Assembly: GCA_030167865.1 (NCBI GenBank)
Contig: JALAGF010005116.1
Location: 1 to 38,243 of the forward strand
Origin: Craspedostauros australis
Taxonomy: Eukaryota
DNA length: 38,243 nucleotides
Direction: 5' to 3'
The translations under genes were made by a program, and so were the position numbers. The notes under the pieces are model-generated. The model had not been told where the DNA came from and made no database searches. It saw only the letters and a program-made list of their open reading frames with translations. Position 1 is the stretch's first letter, and each line of letters starts with the position of its first letter. Below are positions 8,922-20,476 of the stretch, one piece after another.

Positions 8922-10959
8922 ACAGTCTCGTGACACAGCACTCATTCTCCATGTCTTTTCAGGAGGAGCGTGGTTCCCACCTTCCGCCAAGGCGGCCACT
9001 GGTAAACAACGCATCCTGCAGTCCTACGTACTTGCACACCTGCACACGCCCTCTACTCTTCAACCATGTCACTCCACCATAGTCAAGGAGGTGTGACACA
9101 GCTTCACACGATCGTCTTGGAAGATACACGTAGTACAATAGAGACTGCATACGACTAGCTCTATTAGCTCCATTCTTCTTCCTGAATGAAGCCTTCATCT
9201 TCCGAATTGTTGGTCTCGAACAGAGTAAAATAGGAGCACGGTCATATTCCAAGGAGCAATCTTCTTCCTGGAGAGGGCACAGCATAGCATGGCACTCTCC
9301 CTTGCGCTACCTTGCTCTTGCACGATCTATTCGTACTCCTGGGCAGGGCAGATCATTCATTGAAGACCGAAGAAGCATCGTGGGCATTGCGAAGCGTTGG
9401 AAACGAAGCCATTTCAACAGAGACAGAGCTATGAATGGAAAAAGTGGGATGATCTGCCATGCCATACCAGCTTCACCATGTTTCATTGTTGTGGCTGCAT
9501 GGTACTCTACCGGATGGCCTCCATGATGTTGCAGGGTTGGTGCTCTTCCTCGCGTACAAATGCAGAGGTCTATCTTCATGTACTTAGCCTCTGTCGCAAT
9601 GAACCACGCGGACTCGGACGTTCTTGAAAATGGGATTGAGGCGAATGTCGTAGAGCTCGAATAATAGTTGTCCGTTAATGAGACTGCCATAGTGTCAAAA
9701 CGTATCAACAGAGACACTCATGAGACACTTGTATTGTCCATTATGGACAACAGAGATGTCAGTCTCTGAAAATAAAGTAAATGTGTCCATCACCGTGAAT
9801 ACCAAACAAATAGGCCTATATTACGTTTGTTCGCCATCCGTAGATCGTGAACCAACCACCAAGCGTCGTAATGGGACTCACTTGACATTTCCACAATCAC
9901 AACGGAAAAACAACACAAGTGACAAGACGAGATACCGAAATCAGCAAACTTTCCGACGCTCACTGTTTTGTCACATCGGGTGATCGAATGTCTGGTAATG
10001 TGCAAAACACCCAGCCCCAACCTGCCTCCATTTGGCAGTGAGTTGGACATCACAGATTGCTCTGCCGTTGCCCAACGTCCCATTGCATACAATGAAGTAC
10101 TCCATCGGCGATTGGCCCATGTGCCGTCAGCCGCTCAGCGTGATGACGAATTGAGCCTCCGTCCACCAGGAGAACATCGACCATGCTACGACTTGCACTG
10201 TCACGGTCCGCTGTGGGGTCTGAGTCTGCCACCGACCATGCCATTCTGCATCATGTAGAAGTCGATGCGGAAGCCGCTGTCCGTCCTGTTGCACGGCAGC
10301 GGCGATTTCCGCAATGGTTTGGATGCATGGGGGATAGCTATGGACAGATGCCAGGCCACTTCTACTCGTGCGAGTGGAAAGAAGTAGCAACAGAGGACGA
10401 GACACGAGTATACATGTTGCTTCCCCCTGTACGATAGTGAATACGCGTGCCTCAAGGATCATCGTTGCTGCCAAGATCCCGACCAGCGTCCCCATTGGTG
10501 CAAATCAGCAGCGTCCTTTCCGCCGTTCTCTTCATCGCCGCCTCTTCAGAGAGGCTAAAGACATGATGGCTTTGCCACAACTTCATTTTCATGGCAAACC
10601 TTAACTACAGTACTCTACCAGGACAGACGGAAGCAATATGTGTGCGCGTACATCCTCTGGTATTCAAACAGTATCCAAAAAGCAATGTTAGTATTCGCTG
10701 GCTTGTGCCAACATGAATAGAGCGGAGGAGAGTAAGCTGGCTGACAGTATGCCGCCTTGCGCAAGGCTTTGGAGAGGAGGCGGTGCCGATATGCCATGCC
10801 CGATTGCAACCGCAAAGTGGTGGTCTGCTCTGTTGAGATTTCGTTAGGCATTCTTTTGCATGATGCGATAATACAGCAGTGACATACTCGTATCGTACAC
10901 GAGTGCCATCTCATCTCTCCATCGATCGTTCTTTCCATCAACCCGCGCGCTGAAAAGAT

Positions 10960-12657
10960 CTACTCTGCGTTCTTCTTGTAAAAGTTGATGAGGCCGTTGG
11001 TGGAGGAATCGTGCGAAGTGACCGGATCTGCGCTCTTGAGCTCAGGGAGGATCTTCTTGGCCAGCGCCTTGCCCAGTTCCACGCCCCACTGATCGAAGCT
11101 GTTGATGTTCCAGATGGCGCCCTGGATGAAGATCTTCATCTCGTACATGGCGATGAGCATCCCCAGGATCTTCGGCGTGAGCTTGGTGAAGAGGAGCGAG
11201 TTGGATGGACGGTTTCCGTCGAAGATCTTGTGGGGTGCGAGGGCGTCGATCTTGGCCTGGTCGTCACCGAGGCTGGCCTTGAGCTCCTCGCGGACTGTCG
11301 CCTCATCCTTTCCGAACGCCAGGGCCTCGGTCTGGGCGAAGAAGTTGGAGAGGAGGATGGGGTGGTGATCCACGGGGGCGCCGATGGATTTTGGCAGATT
11401 GTTCTGCGTGCGGATTGGGGCGAGGAAGTCGCATGGGATGAGCTTGGTGCCCTGGTGGATGAGCTGGTAGAAGGCATGCTGGCCGTTGGTGCCTGGCTCG
11501 CCCCAGATGATGGGTCCGGTCTCGTAGTTGTCGATCTTGGCGCCCTCCTTGGTGACGTACTTTCCGTTGGACTCCATGTCACCCTGCTGGAAGTAGGCGG
11601 CGAATCGGTGCATGTACTGGTCGTAGGGCAGAATGGCGAGGCTCTGCGCGTCCATGAAGTTGTTGTACCAGATCCCGAGCAGGGCCAGGTTCATGGGCAG
11701 ATTGTCCTCCATGGGTGCGTTCATGAAGTGCTGGTCCATGAGGTGGGCGCCGGCATGCAGCTCCATCCAGTTGTCGAAGCCGATGGAGAGGGCGATGGGC
11801 GTGCCGATGGCACTCCAGAGGGAGTAGCGTCCGCCGACCCAGTCCCAGAATCCGAACATGTTGTTGGTGTCGATGCCGAAGTCTGAGACCTTGGCTGCGT
11901 TGGTGGATAGCGCGGCGAAGTGCTTGGCGATGGCGGAGGCGTCCTTGTCGAAGGCGTCGAGGACCCACTGCTTGGCCGTGCCAGCGTTGGTCATGGTCTC
12001 CTGCGTGGTGAAGGTCTTGCTGGCGATGAGGAAGAGCGTGGTCTCCGGGTCGCACTTGTTGAGGATCTCTGCCATGTGCGTGCCGTCGACGTTGGAGCAG
12101 AAGTGCATGGCGAGATCGCGCTTGGAGTATGGCTTGAGGGCCTCGCAGACCATGACCGGGCCCAGATCGCTGCCTCCGATGCCGATGTTGACGATGCAGG
12201 AGATGGACTTGCCGGTCTGTCCCTTCCACTCCCCGGAACGCACCTGCTCCACGAAGACCTTGATGCGCGCGAGCGTCTCGTTGACCTCCGGCATGACGTC
12301 CTTGCCATCCACGACGATGGGGGTGTTGGACTGGTTGCGCAGGGCGACGTGCAGCACAGCGCGCCCCTCCGTGGTGTTGATCTTCTCGCCCGCGAACATC
12401 TTCTTGGCGGTGTCCATGACGTTGGTGGTGGTGGCCAGCTCGCGCAGCATCTTCATGGTCTCGTCCGTGACCAGGTTCTTGGAGTAGTCCAGCAGCAGCT
12501 GCTCGCTGCCGTCAGCGGTGGCGTCCAGCGTGGTCGAGAACTTCTCGAAGCGCTTTGGATCCTTCTCGAACAGCTCCTTCATCGGGGTGCCCTTCATGCT
12601 GGCTGCATGCTTGCTCAGTGCCTGCCAGGCGCTCGTGGTGGTGACATCGCTGTTCAT
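10960..12657 (-). CDS. GPI: Glucose-6-phosphate isomerase, cytosolic (canonical active site)
   Basis: Motifs [62 protein letters not shown] and [10 protein letters not shown]. No targeting leader. Confidence 0.98.
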   Translation of the reverse strand: MNSDVTTTSAWQALSKHAASMKGTPMKELFEKDPKRFEKFSTTLDATADGSEQLLLDYSKNLVTDETMKMLRELATTTNVMDTAKKMFAGEKINTTEGRAVLHVALRNQSNTPIVVDGKDVMPEVNETLARIKVFVEQVRSGEWKGQTGKSISCIVNIGIGGSDLGPVMVCEALKPYSKRDLAMHFCSNVDGTHMAEILNKCDPETTLFLIASKTFTTQETMTNAGTAKQWVLDAFDKDASAIAKHFAALSTNAAKVSDFGIDTNNMFGFWDWVGGRYSLWSAIGTPIALSIGFDNWMELHAGAHLMDQHFMNAPMEDNLPMNLALLGIWYNNFMDAQSLAILPYDQYMHRFAAYFQQGDMESNGKYVTKEGAKIDNYETGPIIWGEPGTNGQHAFYQLIHQGTKLIPCDFLAPIRTQNNLPKSIGAPVDHHPILLSNFFAQTEALAFGKDEATVREELKASLGDDQAKIDALAPHKIFDGNRPSNSLLFTKLTPKILGMLIAMYEMKIFIQGAIWNINSFDQWGVELGKALAKKILPELKSADPVTSHDSSTNGLINFYKKNAE

Positions 12658-13601
12658 CTTGTTGCGTGGTAATGTAACAATAGTCCTGAGGTTTCTTTGG
12701 TTCCAGGTGTTGGATTTTTATGATCAGCCACACGAGCTGCGAGCTGCATGCCATGCGCGGTGTGTTGTTATTATTCTACCGACGATCTACTTGCGCGAAA
12801 CACATCTTGACAGCTTCCCCGCGCACCATTTGGTTCCGTCCACGCTTGTTCGCGACGTGTCATGCGACGACATGGCGGCATGGCGGGGAAGGAAAAGCGA
12901 ACAGCATCCAAAGATCGCTTTCGTTCGGGAATCTTCTTCCACTCCCCCTTTCCGCAGTCGTGGCTCCTTTTGACAACTCAGTCATGAGACAGCCGATTTC
13001 ACTGACGTTCGGGGGATTCGCGACGTGTGATCGATGACTTTGCGACGCACATACGTACGATGCACAGACGATGCGTGTCCAATCGCAGCTTGTACGATCT
13101 AGACTGAGACACTTGACGGACACTTTCGTTTCCGACCAGAACGATTACAAAAATGGAAGTTGTGCATGACGTTGGTGGGAACAACTCATCTTCCCAAACA
13201 ACGACGCATCCAAACGTTCTGCATCACGAAATAACACAGAAACAACGCATGAACAACCATCTCAACAACCAACAGCGACTGCCGAGAACCATCGACAACC
13301 ATGACCGCGCGATTTCCATTCAGATCCCCATCAAGATCTTGATCAGCGGTTGTCCTCCACTCACTCACTCACTCACTCATTCACTCACTCATTCACTCAC
13401 TCACTCACCCAACCCAACTTCCAACCCACCTATCCACACGCGAAGGTTGGGACACGAGGAAAGCAATCCACTCGATTGACATCGATTGGCACAGGTACCC
13501 GCCGTCCATCACATCGTCTCGGTTGGCTGAAAACGCGATCACGAAGTCAACAATACTCCCATCGATCAGAACCAACACGAAACCCAACACCTACACCAAA
13601 C
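12658..13601. promoter_or_regulatory. Divergent intergenic region shared by GPI and HisRS (putative bidirectional promoter)
   Basis: Head-to-head gene orientation; CA-rich leaders on each side. Confidence 0.5.
13358..13408. repeat. (TCAC/TCAT)n tetranucleotide microsatellite
   Basis: cactcactcactcactcactcattcactcactcattcactcactcactcac. Confidence 0.95.
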
Positions 13602-15179
13602 ATGAAATTGACCGCCACAGCCAGGAACATGTTGCTCGTTTCGGCATTCGCACGTGCGGCGACGACGACGTCTGCATTCCACGTCCTCTCCGCCACCAGA
13701 TCTGTCTCCTTCCGGAGACCGGTCGTCACCATCGCAACACCATCGGCACCAACGTCATCCACGGCCAGGTTCCTCTCGGGACGCGTCTCCAACGCGGTGC
13801 AGGACAAGGACCTGTCAGACAAGACAGAATCGTCCAAGGGCGGCAAGGCGAAGTCCAACAAGACCAAACCACGCCCGAAGCTCGAGACCAACCCGCCCAA
13901 GGGAACCAGAGACTTCTTCCCAGAGGACATGAGATTACGAACGTGGCTCTTTGATCACTGGCGTTCCGTGGCCAAGCAGTACAGCTTCTCCGAGTACGAT
14001 GCGCCGGTGCTGGAGAACGAGGCCCTCTACACCCGCAAGGCAGGCGAGGAGGTCACGCAGCAGCTCTACAACTTCGTCGACAAGGGCGATCGCTCCGTCG
14101 CCTTGCGACCGGAAATGACACCCAGTCTGGCGCGCATGGTGCTCTCCAAGAAGAATGGACTCCCCCTCCCCCTCAAGTGGTTCTCGATACCGCAGTGCTG
14201 GAGATACGAGCGCATGACGCGCGGACGCCGTCGCGAGCACTTCCAATGGAATATGGACATCTGGGGCGTCGCAGGTGAGGAGGCCGATGCCGAGCTCCTC
14301 AGCGCCATGGTCACCTTCTTCGACGCCGTTGGCCTCACCAGTGACGACGTCGGTATCAAGATCAACTCCCGCCTGGTCATCGGCGAGGTCTTGACGGGCC
14401 TGGGCATCCCTCCCGAAAAGTTCGCTGCCACGTGCGTCCTCGTCGACAAACTCGAGAAGGTGCCGCTCGATGCCATCCAGGGAGATCTGGAAGAGCTGGG
14501 GCTGGATAGATCGGTCGTGGAACAGCTCACTCAGGTTCTCACTGTCAGCTCCGTCGAGGAGATCGCCAAGACGTTGGGTGAGGATTCGCCGGCCGTGCAG
14601 CAGCTCACCAAGCTCTTTGACCTTTGCGAGGCCTACGGTATCGCCGACTGGGTTATGTTCGACGCCTCCGTCGTGCGTGGGCTGGCCTACTACACCGGCG
14701 CCGTCTTCGAGGCCTTCGATCGCAAGGGCGAGCTGCGTGCCATCGCCGGCGGCGGGCGCTATGACAAGCTCTTGGAGACCTTCGGCGGGGAGCCAACGCC
14801 CGCGGCAGGCTTCGGATTCGGTGACGCGGTCATCGTGGAGCTCCTGAAGGAGCGCAACAAGCTGCCATCATTCCAATCCTCCGGTTTCGACACCGTCGTG
14901 TTCGCGATGAACGAGGAATACTACTCCGCCGCACTGAAGGTCGCCAAGGAACTTCGGCTGGCAGGACAGAGCGTGGATGTCGTGCTGGAGTCCAAGAAGA
15001 CCAAGTGGGTCTTCAAGCATGCCGATCGCATCGGTGCCAGGTACTGCGCGATCATCGGCCAAGACGAATTCGAGAATGGCCAAGTGGCGATCAAGGACCT
15101 TACGGAGGGCACTCAGGAATCCATCCAAATGGATTCTCTGGAAGCGTGGGCGAATTCGCAGGCACAGGCAGAGGCTTAG
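13602..15179 (+). CDS. hisS: Histidine--tRNA ligase, organellar (plastid, possibly also mitochondrial)
   Basis: Motifs PPKGTRDFFP, LRPEMTPSLAR, WRYERMTRGRRREHFQ, VRGLAYYTG, GGGRYD and GFGFGD, plus an anticodon-binding tail. ATG 13602 gives a leader MKLTATARNMLLVSAFARAATTTSA-FHV followed by an S/T/R-rich transit peptide. Confidence 0.96.
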   Translation: MKLTATARNMLLVSAFARAATTTSAFHVLSATRSVSFRRPVVTIATPSAPTSSTARFLSGRVSNAVQDKDLSDKTESSKGGKAKSNKTKPRPKLETNPPKGTRDFFPEDMRLRTWLFDHWRSVAKQYSFSEYDAPVLENEALYTRKAGEEVTQQLYNFVDKGDRSVALRPEMTPSLARMVLSKKNGLPLPLKWFSIPQCWRYERMTRGRRREHFQWNMDIWGVAGEEADAELLSAMVTFFDAVGLTSDDVGIKINSRLVIGEVLTGLGIPPEKFAATCVLVDKLEKVPLDAIQGDLEELGLDRSVVEQLTQVLTVSSVEEIAKTLGEDSPAVQQLTKLFDLCEAYGIADWVMFDASVVRGLAYYTGAVFEAFDRKGELRAIAGGGRYDKLLETFGGEPTPAAGFGFGDAVIVELLKERNKLPSFQSSGFDTVVFAMNEEYYSAALKVAKELRLAGQSVDVVLESKKTKWVFKHADRIGARYCAIIGQDEFENGQVAIKDLTEGTQESIQMDSLEAWANSQAQAEA

Positions 15180-16312
15180 CAGAGCAGTGAAAATAAACAA
15201 GGAAAAACGGATGTTGTGGCATTCAAATCCAACTCTGCTGTTTTTGTGGCAAGTGCTGTGACAGGACTACTCTACGTATAGTACATCTGCCTGCACCGTT
15301 CATTTATGTGATCGAATTACCATACACAAATACACGATACATGCATTATTCCATCAGCACACTGTGCGTGCATCATAGCACTACACGTGAACTCAATGGT
15401 GCGACGCACCGGTATCGGGACCCTCCGCAACTCCAAAACTAGTCGCGTGATCTACGAATTTTGAGATTCCCGACGATCAACTTGTGAATGGCACCGATCC
15501 CAAGTGCATTCCTTGCAGTGAACCGAATGTGCTCGCAGTGAATGGTGCACAGACCAATGGCTCCCGTGGAAGATCTTTCGCGTGCCATGGACATTCCATG
15601 GGATGTTCATTTGCTTACTCCAATCCGTTTGCTATCGTCTTGAGCAGGACACAAAGTCGTTCGATGGGCGATCATAATCGAGTCGAGGTACGGCTTGACA
15701 GTACGTGCTCGCATGGTTCTGCCGTGCTCCTCATTTTCCGCTCGGCGAATACGTGAAATGGTCCTTGTTTGCTCCACACACCCGTGCGATCTGCTCGTAC
15801 TCGCAAGTTCAACGGACTCCACACGCAACTCTCATGAAGCATGAGCGTACCCAAAATGCGTTTGTGGCCACCACCGACGACCGCACCAGCGAAGATGTGC
15901 TGCACATAGGACGACGAGAGCGCTACAATGTGCCAATATGATACAATGCTCTAGTACGATAACACCACTTCAATCTCCAATCTATGCTTGTCGTGCTCGG
16001 CTCTAGCTCGTAATGGCATTTCCCACGCGGCGCGGTATGAACTCCTTCGATCCGCGTCATCTCCACCGCCATCTTCATCGCTATCTCCATCAATTCCATC
16101 AGCCTCCAATGAAAATCGATCTCTGGAATCATCATCCTGTCCATTATCGAAGCAGTCACCAATGAACTGCCTGGGTATGTACACATGGTACTCTGCTCGT
16201 ACTTTCCCAACCTGTCGATTGGTTGTCGCGCTTGTAATACTATTACTAGTATTATGTTATGTTCAATATTATTCTATTGTATAATATTACAATAGTTGGT
16301 CCGAAGACGATA

Positions 16313-18301
16313 TTACCGCGACCCGGAATCCCTCGTTCGGAAATTCCGAAAGCTGTAGCAGACCTTTTCGATCGCGACATCGGAGGGTACCTCGAACCAC
16401 CACCCATCGTCTCTCCGCTGCAGGAAGCGAGCATTGGTGTCACGCCGTGCCTTGTCTACGACGAGCTTGCCAACGCTCGACTTGGAACCCCGTTCGGTGT
16501 TGTTATATTGCTCCTGATTCGATCTGATGAGCTCGAGCAAATAGATGTTGCCTGGGTGTTGCTGGTACGGCTTGCCTCTGCCGAACAAAACATCATTCGT
16601 TGTAGGCAGATCGATACCCGCGAAAGCAGCGCCGTCGCTGGCCAGCATGCTCGTCTCCTTGATCTCGCGCCGTGCGATCCATTTGAGATGCTCCTTGACC
16701 TTGATGTTGCCATGGATGTCCCATGGCATGACCGACACCGGGATGCCAAACGTCATCAGCATTTCCTGACATCGCTCATGCGACTCTTCGTGCGATCGGA
16801 ACCTCGCGCGGTTGCTGGGTCCCATTACAGCCATGATGATCGAAAGAAAGTGCTTCGTCTTTTCATTGTTGAAGCAGCCATGGATGGATGAGAGCCGCAG
16901 GGGCATGCTGTGGAATAGACGTCCGCAGTCGCGGAAGAGACCTTGTTCGTCATCGGCGAAGTCTATGTCCCCAACAGCGTACAGGACGAGGACCGGAGCC
17001 CTGAGCTGATTCTCTGGATCTTCTGGCATCGCGCAGGCCATGTACCAAAGCATCTTCAGGATGTTCGGGATGCTGGATCCGTACCTCCAACTGGGCTTGA
17101 ACGTGACGCAGATGACAGCACGGCTGGCTGAGTCGCGCTTCGCCAGCACCTGTACGCAGCCCGATTCGAGAATCTTGCTCGTTTTTGGATCCAGGTCACG
17201 GAGAGTGATGGGCTGGGCCAGACGGTCTTGGCCAAACAGCGCTGACTTCTCCTTGAAGTAGTTGCACATCCTCCGTGCTGCCTTGCTTGAGTCGTAGTTG
17301 TCTGCACGAAGAAAGGACATCGCGAATGCCCGATCCTCCACGAACGACTCATTGAGTCCCATGGCCTGATCGTGCGCCTGTCGGTCGGATGGTGACATCT
17401 GCGACAACTCACGGCGCATTGTGCGCAGGAGAAAGTTCATCTTGGATGGTTCCTCTGCTTCGATCTTGGAGACACCGTGGATGTCATCGTATACCTTGTC
17501 GCGCTGTTTCACGGAGAGGTCGTTCAGTTCCTTGACAGCCAGATCGTACGTTTGCTTTGATTCGGGCACCGCGACAACTTCGGCCTCGGATGATTGCGCT
17601 TGTGATGCGTATGCTTCTTGTTGACTGTCTTGGTTTCCAATTGGCAGCTGGGGATGGGCACCAATATTTTGCATAAGAGCTTGCTTCCAAGGTCTTGCAA
17701 CGGCAAATTGGGATTGAGCGTCTGGCTCCGGGTTGTTCGAGCTTTCTGGTGCGTGCACGCCTGTGGCCATGGCCTTGACGCCGTCGGTGTCGTCAGTGCT
17801 TCTTCTTCGTCTTCTTGACCCTGCGATCTTTGCGTCTGCACGATCAGATACAGCAGAACGGTCGTGTTGGGGGTCCATGTCAAAGTCAGCCTCCTGGCTA
17901 CTGCTCGCAGTATGCCATCGTTGGCGCTGGCGCTGGCGTTGATGCATGTTGACCTTTCGATGGTCCCTCCCATCATTGTAGTCGGCCTCGTTGAACTGAC
18001 CATCTCGATCGTCAATCCTGTCGTTGTCAAAGCCAGGCTCGTTGGCACCATCGATACCATCATCGTTCGTAGACATGACGTTGCTATCCAATGGTAATGA
18101 CTTTCGTTTGTTCCCCGCAAGAACTGTCTTGTTGTCCTGCTGCTCCTGCTGTTCTTCGTTGGCTTGTGACAGCAACGATGGAAAGAGACGATGATCCTGG
18201 CCCACTGCGGTGGGTACGACGCTCGCCTGGGGCTCCATCCCAGACATAGCTTCGGAGATGCTCGGAACGTCCGGCTCATCCGTGCTGTTGAGGTCGTTCA
18301 T
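16313..18301 (-). CDS. Protein with disordered N-terminus, CRAL-TRIO-like middle region and C-terminal DUF6824-type domain
   Basis: SFLRADNYDSSKAARRM..YF..K..LFG, RDSASRAV and PLRLSSIHGC...RARFRSH are CRAL-TRIO-like. DVLFGRGKPYQQHPGN...RFL...W.EV...A.EKV...FR is DUF6824-like. This architecture is common in diatoms. Confidence 0.88.
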   Translation of the reverse strand: MNDLNSTDEPDVPSISEAMSGMEPQASVVPTAVGQDHRLFPSLLSQANEEQQEQQDNKTVLAGNKRKSLPLDSNVMSTNDDGIDGANEPGFDNDRIDDRDGQFNEADYNDGRDHRKVNMHQRQRQRQRWHTASSSQEADFDMDPQHDRSAVSDRADAKIAGSRRRRRSTDDTDGVKAMATGVHAPESSNNPEPDAQSQFAVARPWKQALMQNIGAHPQLPIGNQDSQQEAYASQAQSSEAEVVAVPESKQTYDLAVKELNDLSVKQRDKVYDDIHGVSKIEAEEPSKMNFLLRTMRRELSQMSPSDRQAHDQAMGLNESFVEDRAFAMSFLRADNYDSSKAARRMCNYFKEKSALFGQDRLAQPITLRDLDPKTSKILESGCVQVLAKRDSASRAVICVTFKPSWRYGSSIPNILKMLWYMACAMPEDPENQLRAPVLVLYAVGDIDFADDEQGLFRDCGRLFHSMPLRLSSIHGCFNNEKTKHFLSIIMAVMGPSNRARFRSHEESHERCQEMLMTFGIPVSVMPWDIHGNIKVKEHLKWIARREIKETSMLASDGAAFAGIDLPTTNDVLFGRGKPYQQHPGNIYLLELIRSNQEQYNNTERGSKSSVGKLVVDKARRDTNARFLQRRDDGWWFEVPSDVAIEKVCYSFRNFRTRDSGSR

Positions 18302-18429
18302 CGTTCGGCATTGATGGCTGTGTGCTTGTTGTTCCTGCTTCGTGCTTCGTGCTTCGGCGTTTGGCTTTGTCAGGTATGCAATATGCGAGTTGATGTGATT
18401 CGCGAGCTTTGAGCTGACAGTCGTTGGCT

Positions 18430-18453
18430 GATGATTGATGATTGATGATTGAT
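18430..18453. repeat. TGAT-based short tandem repeat (GATGATT)x3
   Basis: gatgattgatgattgatgattgat. Confidence 0.7.
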
Positions 18454-20476
18454 CGCTGACTTTTGATTGTTGGTGATTGAGTCTGTTATGATGACCTACG
18501 AGCGGTGGCAGGTGATGGCCGATGATTGCCAGGTCTCATAACGCGGAATCGGATTGTTCAGGCAACCTGATGTTGCGGGCACAACACTTGGTGAGGTGTG
18601 CCGAACCTCCGATCCGTTCGCATCCAGGACGCAAGTCCAGCTGCTCTGCGCAGCACTGCTTTGCCAAGGCTTGTCGGCTCTGTGCTTGTACGCCTGTGCT
18701 TGTGTTGGCGGTCTTATCTCCACCCGTATTCACGCTCCTACGCGCGCTAGCAGTGTACTATTGCGGACATTCGAATCCAGGTGGATCTCCCGTGGTCAGC
18801 AACGCAAGTGCTTTGTTCCGACCACTCGAACCGTTTTCACATCAGCATCGCACAAATGCAGAACGCGATGGCAAGAAGGCTTTGAGTCGAGTAGAGGAGA
18901 GTATTGCGGTTGGCACACTATTCTCGTGGTGGACGATTTGGATGGATGAGGTTGACTCTTGTCCACGTCTCCGTGTTGGTGCTCACAAACCCACGTAGCG
19001 GTGAGCAGAACAGAGGAAGAGAAATCCAGCACAGCGCAGCACACACAGAGTGGAGTAGAAAAAAGTCGTCATTTGTCTTCGACCACATGCCAGCAGGTCG
19101 CAAACGCAGTGTTCCACCTCGTGTTAGTAGAAGCGCCTGCCCTGTTCTGCCTCGAACTGTCGCCGCATTTTGTACACACTTTGTCGCAGCGTCCGGTACA
19201 AACACTACTCAGCCTCAACTTCAACATGGCGATGACGGGGCATAATTATATTCCGCCACTTGGTCTCGCAAGGCGGCTGACGGAGCCAATTGTCCACCAA
19301 AAACTCTTGCCGACAGGCCACCAATCGCAACACAAGTTTGCAACTGCATCAGTGCTACAGTCGGAGTAACAGCGTCGTCAAATGACACAGATTTGTCGAC
19401 GTGGGACAAACCAGCGTCGGGAACAGTCGAATCTATTCGTCAGACTTCAACCAAGGACGGACACAAACAGCCTGACTCACTCTGCTTGTAGTAACAACGT
19501 CAAGCATCCAACATAAGCCCACATTCGAAAAAGCACCACACTGCCGGCACAAAGCGAAGTCAATGTTCAACATCATTGCTGGACGCGGTTTACAAAAAGT
19601 TGTGTCCTCTCTGTGCGGGGCTGGGCACCCAAATCCAGATCAGTACCACCGACAACCAACTTCCAGACAAGGACACCCCACCAAGGTGGCCGACGTGGGC
19701 GATCCAGCGACGCTGGCTCACAAGCTTCATCGCGGGCATTGAACTCCCTTCCGAGAGCCCAACTATTTCACATCATCGCCATCTACCGTTCATAACCGCA
19801 AAAACACAATGACGCATTCGGCGGCGAGGACATATGAAGTTGCTCGTGCGTAGATAGGGCGTTGTGCACCACGTACGAGCTACTTCGTGTTTCAACCTCC
19901 TCTTTGCCATGCGCCCGCGCCTTGTGTGTTGTCGGTGTCGAGCTTCAAGGGGAAGCTGTTCCTGAGGCCTATGTGATTTGAGATGGGCGAAGACGCAATC
20001 GAAAAGAGAAAAGCAAACAGATCATCCGTGGAGCAAGGCGAGGACACGTTTGTGGTCATGATACCACATCCTCAAACTGACCATCGGCTTTTCACCTCCA
20101 AAGTCTTCGACATGCGTGCATACGCAGAAACAAGTACGACGATGACGGCGCTGGTGTGAAGGGTGTATAATAGCCCGTACGTACACGTCCATGTCACCCT
20201 CGTGGACGACGCACATCATCCAACGAACAACTCCGTCAGCAGTTTCGACAACACTTGGATCATGTTTTGTTGCTCACCGCGACTTCTGTGTTACTTGCTT
20301 CTTATCGTCGATGCTGGCGTGCCGATGTTGGCGTGCTGATGCAACCGCGCTCTTCACCAGCGGAGAGTCCTGACGAATGAAGTCTGCACCATACCGAATA
20401 GTACGAGCATGACACCAGTACAGGTGCAAGTGTGAGGACAATCACCCCTCTGATTGCGTCGAGATCACCTCGGAGC

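Noticed and set aside
11011-12672. Long antisense/alternative-frame ORFs over GPI (also over the 772-aa gene, cyclin, HAD and second GPI)
   Set aside because: Shadow ORFs caused by high GC3 codon bias.
13350-13601. N-terminal extension of HisRS in the ORF track
   Set aside because: Non-ATG start and translation of a TCAC microsatellite; the targeting leader begins at 13602.
18302-20476. Short ORFs in the 2.2-kb gap
   Set aside because: No domain motifs, codon bias or consistent frame that I can support.
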